Below are positions 19,825 through 28,247 of a stretch of DNA of 64,000 nucleotides, piece by piece. The notes beneath the pieces were generated by a model that ran no database searches, had not been told where the DNA came from, and saw only the letters and a list, made by a program, of their open reading frames with translations. Numbering within the stretch: position 1 is the stretch's first letter; each line of letters begins with the position of its first letter. Source of the stretch: Ruminococcus sp. (GTDB taxonomy: Bacteria > Bacillota > Clostridia > Oscillospirales > Ruminococcaceae); the NCBI GenBank assembly GCA_017935865.1, contig JAGBGT010000011.1, positions 5,461-69,460 of the forward strand, given 5' to 3'. The position numbers and the translations under genes were made by a program.

Positions 19825-20490
19825 TCAGTTGATCATCTCATGCTCTTCCAGCCAGTCAGCCCACCAACATTCACGCTCGGTCAGAGACATATTTTCCCAT
19901 TCTTCACGCCGCCTGTCGTATTCTCCTACCGTATAGCACACGTCATCAAATTCGCCGTAAACATATCTGTACTTAATCAGATTCTGGAACGTCGCATAAT
20001 CAACGAGATGCCGATCGAGAGCTTTCATATTTCCATACGATGAAATGATTTTCTCCAGATGGCTTTCAAATTCATCATCAGGAGTCATAAAGAGTTCCGT
20101 GATAATTGCGGTGAGAATCGGTTCTTCAATTTTAAGGGATATGGAATGACCGTTTGTATTATCATTGTTGTCATAGTCGAACTTGACATTGAAGTTCCGT
20201 ATCAGAGTTGCAATTTCACGGAGCGTTCTTGCAGAATATGTAAGTCTGGTCTTTCCGCCTGTAGCCAGATAATCCACGCTTACGTTGAAGTGGTTGGCAA
20301 TATTCATGAGAATGACTGCCGTGGGTACGCTTTTCTGATTGATGTAGTTACGGATCGTTTTGGGATCAATGTCGATCTTGTCCGCCAGTTGGTTGATGCT
20401 GATTTCATGATCATGCAGCAGCTTGTTCAGCATATCCGAAAATTCCTTTTTCCATTCTTTTTCGTCAATGAGACGACCAGTATTTTCCAT
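19825..20490 (-). CDS. XRE-family repressor, divergent from the RNA ligase operon
   Basis: ISINQLADKIDIDPKTIRNY....SVP....L..IA..FNVSVDYL. Confidence 0.85.
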   Translation of the reverse strand: MENTGRLIDEKEWKKEFSDMLNKLLHDHEISINQLADKIDIDPKTIRNYINQKSVPTAVILMNIANHFNVSVDYLATGGKTRLTYSARTLREIATLIRNFNVKFDYDNNDNTNGHSISLKIEEPILTAIITELFMTPDDEFESHLEKIISSYGNMKALDRHLVDYATFQNLIKYRYVYGEFDDVCYTVGEYDRRREEWENMSLTERECWWADWLEEHEMIN

Positions 20491-20540
20491 GTAAGTTTCT
20501 CCTTTCAGGTTTGAGGACTATTATCCCGGAGCGTAGGCTA

Positions 20541-20569
20541 TTGACGGTATAAATCCTCTGTGATATAAT
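20541..20569 (+). promoter_or_regulatory. Sigma-A promoter for the RNA ligase operon
   Basis: TTGACG-N17-TATAAT with TG extension. Confidence 0.75.
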
Positions 20570-20628
20570 AAAAATGTAGGAAACGGAAATATTATCCACA
20601 GTATTATGGAATATTTTCCTTTTTGTTT

Positions 20629-20657
20629 ATTATACAGCAGACTGCTGTATTTGTCAA
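20629..20657 (-). promoter_or_regulatory. Sigma-A promoter for the XRE repressor with an overlapping 19-bp palindrome
   Basis: Minus strand TTGACA-N17-TATAAT (perfect); ATACAGCAG-A-CTGCTGTAT at 20632-20650. Confidence 0.75.
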
Positions 20658-20683
20658 GAGTTTTTTGAAAGAGAGGAAAAACA

Positions 20684-21595
20684 ATGTTGAATCACAAACA
20701 TTACATGGAGATTGAGAATCTGAATCCGGAAATTGGATCAATGTTCCACGAAGGCGACAGTATCATCATACAGGAGAAAATTGACGGTGCAAACGTCAGC
20801 TTTCAGTATGACAGTGAAACGGATTCGCTGCAATGTTTCAGCCGCAACCAGATGCTTTCGGCTGAAAATACGCTGCGAGGTTACTATGACTGGGTGCAGA
20901 AGCTGGACAAGGAGCTTGTAAAGGCAGTTCTGGGTGATTCGCTCCGTATGTTCGGAGAGTGGCTTGTGAAACATACTGTCAAATACCCCGAGGAGCGTTA
21001 CAATACGGTGTATTGCTTTGATGTTTTTGATATGGAGCAGCATTGCTGGCTGCCGCAGCATGAAGTGCAGCGTCTCGCAGAACAGCTTGGTCTGCACTAT
21101 GTTCCTGTCTTTTATGAGGGTGCATTCACCTCTTGGGAGGATTACCAGCCGCTTGTAGGCAGAACTGAAATGGGCGGAGAGATTGGCGAGGGTATCGTCA
21201 TTAAAAAGCAGAACGATCTTTCCGATGTTGCATATACCAAAATCGTACACAAGCGGTTTCAGGAGGTTCATAAAAAGGTTCGCCGCCGTATAGAAAGTCC
21301 GGAGGAGAAACGTGAAAAGAAACGTCTGGAGGAGCTTGCAGCAACAGTGGTAACTCCGGCGAGGGTAGAAAAGATTCTCTTCAAACTGGTGGACGAGGGC
21401 GTTCTGCCGGAGAATTTTTCTATGAAGGATATGAAAACGATCTATAAGGCACTTCCCTCTGCGGTGTATTACGACTGTATGAAAGAAGCTCCGGAAATCG
21501 TGAATCAGATCGAGAATTTCGGCAAGTTTTCCAACAGCGTTGCAATCAGACTTGCAAAGGAGATTTTACGGAAAAAGGATGAAAATAATGTATGA
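20684..21595 (+). CDS. ATP-dependent RNA ligase (Rnl2-like family)
   Basis: EKIDGAN motif I, FSRN, FGEWL, FDV, VPVFY.G, GEGIVIK, K.V..F.E. Confidence 0.85.
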   Translation: MLNHKHYMEIENLNPEIGSMFHEGDSIIIQEKIDGANVSFQYDSETDSLQCFSRNQMLSAENTLRGYYDWVQKLDKELVKAVLGDSLRMFGEWLVKHTVKYPEERYNTVYCFDVFDMEQHCWLPQHEVQRLAEQLGLHYVPVFYEGAFTSWEDYQPLVGRTEMGGEIGEGIVIKKQNDLSDVAYTKIVHKRFQEVHKKVRRRIESPEEKREKKRLEELAATVVTPARVEKILFKLVDEGVLPENFSMKDMKTIYKALPSAVYYDCMKEAPEIVNQIENFGKFSNSVAIRLAKEILRKKDENNV

Positions 21596-22421
21596 GTTTC
21601 AATTCGATGACGATGATTATGAGATGTATGATGTGATATACGCCGAAAATCCGATAAAAATATTGGTCGATGAGGAATTTGACAGAGATTGGTCTCCATC
21701 TGGTCGCAGACCTTATTATCAGATGAGAGGAAAGAGTATTTCAGAACAGCAGGCGTTTGAAATAATATGCAGGACAGATCGAATGTTTTCCCATTACGCA
21801 TTAAACTTTGAAAACAGTATATGTTCCCTTAATTTTCATAACGACTGGTTTTTAGGCGATTATTTTTCGAGATACGGCTGGGTTCACCCTAATGGCATCA
21901 TTGGTACTAATGGTATTACTTTGAAATACCCAACTGTTGATGAGTTTGCTCATGAATGGGCTGTTTATCTTCATAGTTTTCCGTTTCTTGATTTGATTAT
22001 TGGCATTACATGGTGGGATGAAGTGTCTCCAAGAAAGTGGAAGATGCTGCGTGAGCGTTGCAAGAATAGAATGTTTGACGTTTCCAATGAAATGAAATAC
22101 CTTGAGTATAATGACTTCTGTAATAATATTGAAGCAGGAATATGGGTGCATGACGGAAGAATCGAGATTATCGACAGAGAGCAGACTATTGAAGTTTAAA
22201 AAAAATACGAAAAGCTTTACGAGGAAAAAGACCATAGAATTTACTGTCATGAATACTATGAAGATTTTCAGCCGGATGTCACCACGCTGGAGTATCTGAA
22301 AAAATGTCTTTTGACATATGGAATCACAGATGCAGAAGAGTTTTTGAAGCAAAAGCTTCGACCTAATGAATTGGAGAAAATAAAGAAATATGGTTTAATA
22401 CACAAGCAACCTGCACAATGA
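21588..22421 (+). pseudogene. Hypothetical gene with an internal in-frame TAA
   Basis: ORF stops at 22197-22199 but the same frame continues KKYEKLYEEKD... for 73 codons to TGA 22419-22421. Confidence 0.65.
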
Positions 22422-22481
22422 TACTTGATTTTATAGGCATGAAGTGATATAATGCCATTAATAAGAAAGGAGCGATGAACC

Positions 22482-23342
22482 ATGTTTCACAACGATTCAA
22501 CCGAAAAGAGAATTGCCATATTTGAGGATACCATGCAGCTTTGCCGTGAAAACAGCAGGCTTTCTGATGCGATCTCACAGACGATTTCCGCTACGCAGTT
22601 TTATCCTGCACAGTTGATGCCTGCGTTTGACAAGGCGGACTGTTCCGGAGATACCGCCGTAACTGTCACAAAGGAGCGTACCTTTGAATCGGCAAAACGT
22701 CTGCATTCCCAACACCCGGATTGCAGAATTGCTGTTCTCAATTTTGCATCCGCTACCAATCCCGGAGGTGGTGTCACGAGGGGCAGTTCCGCACAGGAGG
22801 AGGCTCTGTGCCGCTGTTCTACCCTGTATCCCTGTCTGAATACCGATGAACTGTTCGGGAAGTTCTACAAGATGCACCGTAACAGAAAAGATCTTCGTTA
22901 TACGGATACCTGCATTTACACGCCGGATATTACGGTGATAAAGTCAGATACCGCATTTCCGGAACTGCTGTCCGAAACCGAGTGGTTCAATGTGGACGTG
23001 GTCACCTGTGCTGCTCCGAATCTGCGGAAGATGCCGTATAATGCAATGAATCCCGGCAGTGCAGAGCCGATTCGTGTCAGTGATGCGGAACTGCTAAAGA
23101 TTCACAAAAAAAGAGGAATACATATTCTGAATATTGCTGCTGCCAATCATGCGGATATTCTCATTCTCGGTGCATTCGGCTGCGGAGCATTCCGCAACGA
23201 TCCGAGTATTGTTGCCCGTGCATACAAAGAAATTCTTCCCGATTATATCGGGTATTTCAAGGCAATTAACTTTGCCGTATACTGTCCGCCGAATGATTTG
23301 AGTAATTACAATGTTTTCAGGAATATGCTTGACAGGGCGTGA
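22482..23342 (+). CDS. TIGR02452 / microbial PARG-like macro domain protein
   Basis: VLNFASATNPGGG...G..AQEE.LCR.S.LY, LGAFGCGAF.N. Confidence 0.9.
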   Translation: MFHNDSTEKRIAIFEDTMQLCRENSRLSDAISQTISATQFYPAQLMPAFDKADCSGDTAVTVTKERTFESAKRLHSQHPDCRIAVLNFASATNPGGGVTRGSSAQEEALCRCSTLYPCLNTDELFGKFYKMHRNRKDLRYTDTCIYTPDITVIKSDTAFPELLSETEWFNVDVVTCAAPNLRKMPYNAMNPGSAEPIRVSDAELLKIHKKRGIHILNIAAANHADILILGAFGCGAFRNDPSIVARAYKEILPDYIGYFKAINFAVYCPPNDLSNYNVFRNMLDRA

Positions 23343-23416
23343 AGGGTAAATTGCAAATCCTGTTTTGAGATGAATTTATGGGTTTAGACTTTAACTGAGG
23401 AGGCGACTTCCAAGTA

Positions 23417-24187
23417 ATGAATAGAACGATACTTGAAAGATTATCAGAGATCGAACGCAAGGAGCATATACGGATAATCCATGCAGCCGAATCAGGCAGT
23501 TATGCGTGGGGATTTTCGTCCGTTCAAAGCGATCATGACATACGATTTGTATATGTCAGACCCTTGGAATATTATCTCAGGCTTGACAAGACACAGGATG
23601 TGATCGAGTACCCAGAATCAGATAATATTGACATTATTGGCTGGGATCTGAAAAAGGCATTAAAGCTGGTGTATAAATCCAATCCCACTATTTTTGAGTG
23701 GAGTCGTTCTCCTATCGTTTACAGAACCTCTCCACAGTGGAAAGAAATCAGCAAGATTCTGAATGATTATTTCCAGTCGGCAAGCGGCTTGCATCATTAT
23801 CTGAATGCTGCTAAACATAATTATTTGGATTATCTGCAAGATGATATTGTTCGTATCAAGAAGTATTTTTATGTCATCAGACCGATTCTTGCCTGTAAGT
23901 GGATTCTTGAAAAGCAGGAGACTCCCCCGATGATTTTTTCGGAATTATGCCAGTGCGAAAACGATCCTCTGATTTTAAAGGAGATACGACAATTGCTCGA
24001 TCTAAAAATGAATCATCCTGACGTTCTGCAAATCAAACGCATAAATAATCTGAACGCATACATAGAGCGAAATATATCTGAGATACAAAATTTTCTTATA
24101 GATATGCCGTCAAGCTGCGATAAGGACTGGAACACGCTGAACAGACTGTTTTTCAGTATTGTGACTGATGCCAAAACTGTCAGGTAA
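23417..24187 (+). CDS. RlaP/YcgL-family nucleotidyltransferase
   Basis: AAESGS.AWGF.S..SD.DIRFVY, GWDL.KAL.L..KSNP...EW..SP, KKYFYV.RP.LA. Confidence 0.88.
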   Translation: MNRTILERLSEIERKEHIRIIHAAESGSYAWGFSSVQSDHDIRFVYVRPLEYYLRLDKTQDVIEYPESDNIDIIGWDLKKALKLVYKSNPTIFEWSRSPIVYRTSPQWKEISKILNDYFQSASGLHHYLNAAKHNYLDYLQDDIVRIKKYFYVIRPILACKWILEKQETPPMIFSELCQCENDPLILKEIRQLLDLKMNHPDVLQIKRINNLNAYIERNISEIQNFLIDMPSSCDKDWNTLNRLFFSIVTDAKTVR

Positions 24188-24386
24188 CTTCTGAGCATTT
24201 TAGTTCTGTCGGCATAAACATATTCGCAAGCTGTTTTGCCCGGAAAACGCTCAGATTCCGCCTGAGATGCCCGAAAATGGGTATCTCAGAAGCTTTGAAA
24301 CCGTCAAGAACGTGTCTGAAAATCCGACTGTTTTTCGGCTCGGTTTATCACAATAAAATGCAGTTTCCAAAAAGGGGGGTACTTTT

Positions 24387-25094
24387 ATGATTTTTATCAC
24401 CGGAGATATTCACGGCAGCTATGATATTCATAAATTCAGCACCAGTGTTTTTTCAAAGCAAAAGGAGCTTTCACGCTCGGATTATATGATCATCTGCGGA
24501 GATTTTGGCTTAGTCTGGAGCAATTCCGCCGAGGAACACTACTGGCTGAAATGGCTGGACAGTAAGCCGTGGACGACTTTGTGGATTGATGGAAACCATG
24601 AGAATTTTGATTTGCTGAAAGAATATCCTGTCGAGGAATGGCACGGCGGTCAGGTGCAGAAAATCACGGAGAATATCATCCACCTGTGCCGAGGCAGCGT
24701 ATTTGAACTGGAGGGCAGGAAAATCTTTGCGTTTGGCGGTGCGGAGAGCCACGATAAGGAGTACCGCAAGCTCGGATGTTCCATGTGGGTGGAGGAGATG
24801 CCGAGTGCGGAGGAAATGGAGCAAGGCAGAAAGACTCTTGATGCTCTGGGCTGGCAGGTCGATATTATCCTGACCCATTCCCTTTCCACGCATATTCAGA
24901 CGAACCTGTTCAAGGAGCTTGACTACGGCAGAAACGCTCTGACCGACTACTTCGATGAAATCGATGCCAGATTGGATTATAAGCTCTGGTTTTCCGGACA
25001 TTATCATGTTTCCAAGAGATATGACGACAGACACTACCTGATTTACAACGATATTGTACAACTGACCGATGCAGGATTCTGCAAAATCCTGTAA
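24387..25094 (+). CDS. Calcineurin-like metallophosphoesterase
   Basis: GDIHG, CGDFG, DGNHE, FGGA.S.D, LTH, GHYH. Confidence 0.88.
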   Translation: MIFITGDIHGSYDIHKFSTSVFSKQKELSRSDYMIICGDFGLVWSNSAEEHYWLKWLDSKPWTTLWIDGNHENFDLLKEYPVEEWHGGQVQKITENIIHLCRGSVFELEGRKIFAFGGAESHDKEYRKLGCSMWVEEMPSAEEMEQGRKTLDALGWQVDIILTHSLSTHIQTNLFKELDYGRNALTDYFDEIDARLDYKLWFSGHYHVSKRYDDRHYLIYNDIVQLTDAGFCKIL

Positions 25095-25858
25095 TAATAG
25101 CGTATCTATATTTGCTATATTTAATTTGAGTTTTACTAAATCTGTTATCAGTCTTTCTTTCGCCGTTTTGATCGAGTCCTCGGATAAATACTGCGATGAG
25201 ATGACAGCCATTATCATGGATTGCTGCAAGGAAGAAGCGGCAAAGGATTTTGTACCGCAGATACGATGGGGTATGATCGTCATGCCCGCAGAGAAAACCG
25301 TACAGCTTCTGGACAAGGACGGTGCGGCGGTGCAGTTTCACAGAAGATTCAAATTGATAAAAAATTCATATTTTTAATATTGCAGTTCATCCTGCCGAGC
25401 CTATTTTGGTTTGGCAGGATTTTTTTGTCATATATTTTGAGAATTTTCGCAGTGGTTTGTACCATATTTTATTCCCACAAAAGTACTTTCAAATCTTCTG
25501 TTTTACTCCCACACTCCTAATGTCATTTCGGTTGAACATCAGGATAATCCAAGTAAAGAAAAGACGAAAGTCAGATAAAAAACGAGATATACAGTCGTGA
25601 AACTGGTGCGTAGAGATGAAAGTAAGAATAGCGATTGGTTTGGAAACGTTTATGTTACCATGAAAGGCACAATCCAAGATTAACCAAGCGATGCAGAAAA
25701 AATATCGGCTTTGCAAGTCGTCACTTTATGTTTTTGAGATGTGATTAATTAAGCGATTGTAAATCAATCACAAACTCGATTTTGCTTCAGAAAATCCGCA
25801 CGGTGTGCCATTTACGGCTACACTGCCGGAAGAAAAAGCAAAAAAGTCAAAGATGCTA

Positions 25859-26021
25859 AGAACTTGTTCTCATAGGATATTGCACGCATCTTTTCGGCAA
25901 ATTTTACTGATTGCTGCGTTGAAAAAGCTCACCATACGTCAGTATGCTTTCGCTTTTTCGCCTTGCACTCAGTAAAATTATGCTCGAAAGTCTACGCACA
26001 AATCCTATGAGAACAAGTTCT
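25859..26021. repeat. 163-bp MITE-like palindromic repeat, copy C (inside the element)
   Basis: Perfect 20-bp TIR AGAACTTGTTCTCATAGGAT; interior aligns with copy A (TCTTTTCGGCAAATTT...CATACGTCAGTATG...AAAATTATGCTCGAAA). Confidence 0.85.
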
Positions 26022-26043
26022 AAAAAGATGGGAGTGAGAAAGA

Positions 26044-26685
26044 ATGTCACAAAATTTTTTCGGTCGGCTCGCAGAAACAGAACGCTTCATGTTGTCAGAA
26101 TCTCCGGAGGATAGAGAGCAATATGGCAAACTCAGATTTACTGCTCTCGGAGCAATGAAAGCGGCAGTGCATTCCTGCGTATGGTGCGATACGGAGAAAA
26201 CAAGACAGATGATGCGGTATATTGACAGAAGGTCAGTGGAAGCCGCAAAGCTGTCGGGTATTTCGCCGAATACTGTCCGCAGTGCGAGAAGCAAGGCTTC
26301 GCAGCGGTTATACCGTATGTTTGGGGATGATGTTTTTGAGGGTATCATCTGTGGCGATGAGAAGATCTGCAAGCGTACAATCACGATTGCAAAGGCTTTG
26401 ACAAAGGGGTATGACAGGCTTGAGAACTTCGTTCCTGATGCGGTACTTCGCCATGTTGAAGAAAGAAGCTGCTGCAATGAAAAGCAGTATGAGCTTTCTG
26501 AAATACAATCAGAGCTTACATTCCTCAGAAGTTATAACCAGATTCGTATGAAGAACGTTATGAATGCCCTTGATACGGACAAGCTGGCATATATTTTCAG
26601 CATACTGAAACCGAGTTTGCTGACTTATGGGGAAGATGCTTCGGTGAATATGCAGAAGCTGCGTTTTCTGAGCAAAATCATGTAG
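26044..26685 (+). CDS. Hypothetical protein with a possible HTH (SVEAAKLSGISPNTVRSARS)
   Basis: 213-aa ORF with GGGAG RBS; sigma-region-4-like HTH segment. Confidence 0.55.
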   Translation: MSQNFFGRLAETERFMLSESPEDREQYGKLRFTALGAMKAAVHSCVWCDTEKTRQMMRYIDRRSVEAAKLSGISPNTVRSARSKASQRLYRMFGDDVFEGIICGDEKICKRTITIAKALTKGYDRLENFVPDAVLRHVEERSCCNEKQYELSEIQSELTFLRSYNQIRMKNVMNALDTDKLAYIFSILKPSLLTYGEDASVNMQKLRFLSKIM

Positions 26686-26699
26686 TCTACAATTGAATA

Positions 26700-27160
26700 G
26701 CATGGAGGACGGTATTCTGCCGCAGAGAAGTGACAACCTCCCTAAAAAATGTTGGTTCGGTCAGCCGGAGCGAAGCAGACAGAAATTGACCCGGGTGTGT
26801 ATATGGCAATCTATACATAGCATACTTGTCGGGGAGAAAATGCCTAAGCTGCTCCTCATTAAGCCTAAGTTCTGATGAATATGGTTAAAAAACTGGCGGA
26901 GGCAGACTGGTCTGATACGCAGTATCGGACGGAACAGCATAAATCCGGGAAACCAGATGCAGTGAGGGCGGTCTGATCACTGTTAAGGTGCTGGTGATAT
27001 TGTATCACGGCTCATAGATTTGAACGGCTCTGCAAGAACGGAAACCTCATGAAAAAGTGGGTCAATTCCAGCGGAGAAAGAGTTTTCCCGTGCTTTTTTG
27101 CCACGGGAAAGCTCTGACCAGATACAGAAGCGTTTCCTAATCCCCTATGGGTCATTTGAG
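26700..27160 (+). ncRNA. Candidate large structured non-coding RNA
   Basis: No credible ORF; nested long-range and local helices visible (see findings); family and strand not established. Confidence 0.4.
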
Positions 27161-27312
27161 TCATTCAGATGTATGCATCACAGTTTATAAAAGTATAGTT
27201 TTATGAACTGTTTCAAAGAAGTGAAAAATCCGTATATAAAAGTCAAGATCATGGATTATGAACGTTCAAAAAACAACATGGACAATTATAGTCTTATTGG
27301 AGGTCATATGAA

Positions 27313-27918
27313 ATGGAGTACAGAGTTTACGGATATGCACGGGTATCCAGTAAGGAACAGAATGCGGACAGACAGATTCAGGCTTTGATGGATTTCGGAG
27401 TAGACGAGCATAACATCATAGTAGATAAGAAATCGGGTAAGGATATGAAGCGTGAGGGATATGCTTCTTTGAAAAATTTTATCCTGAGAAGCGGCGACAC
27501 GCTTGTAGTAAAGGAGCTTGACCGTCTGAGCAGAAGCAAGGCGGATATCAAGAAAGAGCTGGAGTATTTCAAGGAACATCACATTCGTGTGAAAATTCTT
27601 GATATTCCTACCACTCTTGCAGATTTTTCCGCAGATCAGGAATGGATTATGGATATGATCAATACCATTCTCATTGAGGTGCTTGGCAGCATTGCCGAGG
27701 CGGAACGTCTTAAAATCAGACAGAGACAGCGTGAGGGCATCCATTCCGCAAAACTACGAGGTGTGAAGTTCGGCAGACCTCGGGCTAAAAAGCCTGACAA
27801 CTGGGATAGTGTCATGGAAAAAGTAAACAGGGGTATCATTCGTCCCATAGATGCGATGAAAGAACTGGGGCTGAAAAAGGGTACTTATTATAATCTTATC
27901 AAGAGACATTCTGATTGA
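27313..27918 (+). CDS. Small serine recombinase (resolvase/invertase family)
   Basis: YGYARVSS..Q..DRQ, DK.SG, GDTLVV..LDRLSR, E.ER..I..RQ.EG...AK..G.KFGRP, C-terminal HTH. Confidence 0.93.
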   Translation: MEYRVYGYARVSSKEQNADRQIQALMDFGVDEHNIIVDKKSGKDMKREGYASLKNFILRSGDTLVVKELDRLSRSKADIKKELEYFKEHHIRVKILDIPTTLADFSADQEWIMDMINTILIEVLGSIAEAERLKIRQRQREGIHSAKLRGVKFGRPRAKKPDNWDSVMEKVNRGIIRPIDAMKELGLKKGTYYNLIKRHSD

Positions 27919-27919
27919 T

Positions 27920-27948
27920 TCATATCAGTCAATTCCAATTCATAGTAT
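27920..27948 (+). promoter_or_regulatory. Putative sigma-E promoter for the small ORF and LSR
   Basis: TCATATC-N14-CATAGTAT: 6/7 and 6/8 match to the sigE consensus with exact spacing. Confidence 0.6.
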
Positions 27949-27994
27949 TTAAACAGAAAACAATATTCTCCGTGAATGAGAAAAGGAGGTCATC

Positions 27995-28174
27995 ATGAAT
28001 ACATATCATTTTGTGAACAATCCGGTTGCCAAGAGCGACATGAACAGACTGATCAAGAAGCTGGAACAGGTGATTGCAGGTTCATTTGCAAGACAGATGA
28101 AAACGCATACTGAAAATGACAACTCTGTCGTGATCATCAATAATTTTGTCAGGGCAGAAGAACGTGTAAGCTAA
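27995..28174 (+). CDS. 59-aa ORF upstream of the LSR, candidate recombination directionality factor
   Basis: Strong RBS AAAGGAGG; MNTYHFVNNPVAKSDMNRLIKKLEQVIAGSFARQ...; below the ORF-track cutoff; function inferred from position only. Confidence 0.55.
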   Translation: MNTYHFVNNPVAKSDMNRLIKKLEQVIAGSFARQMKTHTENDNSVVIINNFVRAEERVS

Positions 28175-28247
28175 GCATAAATGTTCCATAATCTGCTCAC
28201 ACGCTTTGTCTGTGTGTGCAGATTATTACCATGTTAAGGAGATAAAA

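Noticed and set aside
25069-25850. Several short overlapping ORF-track calls
   Set aside because: No RBS or motif; probably decayed or intergenic sequence
26872-26900. CTGATGA as a hammerhead ribozyme core
   Set aside because: No stem II followed by GAAA at the required position
26700-27160. RNase P RNA, tmRNA or group II intron identity for the structured region
   Set aside because: No GAGGAAAGTCC, no tRNA-like ends, no domain V motif and no RT nearby
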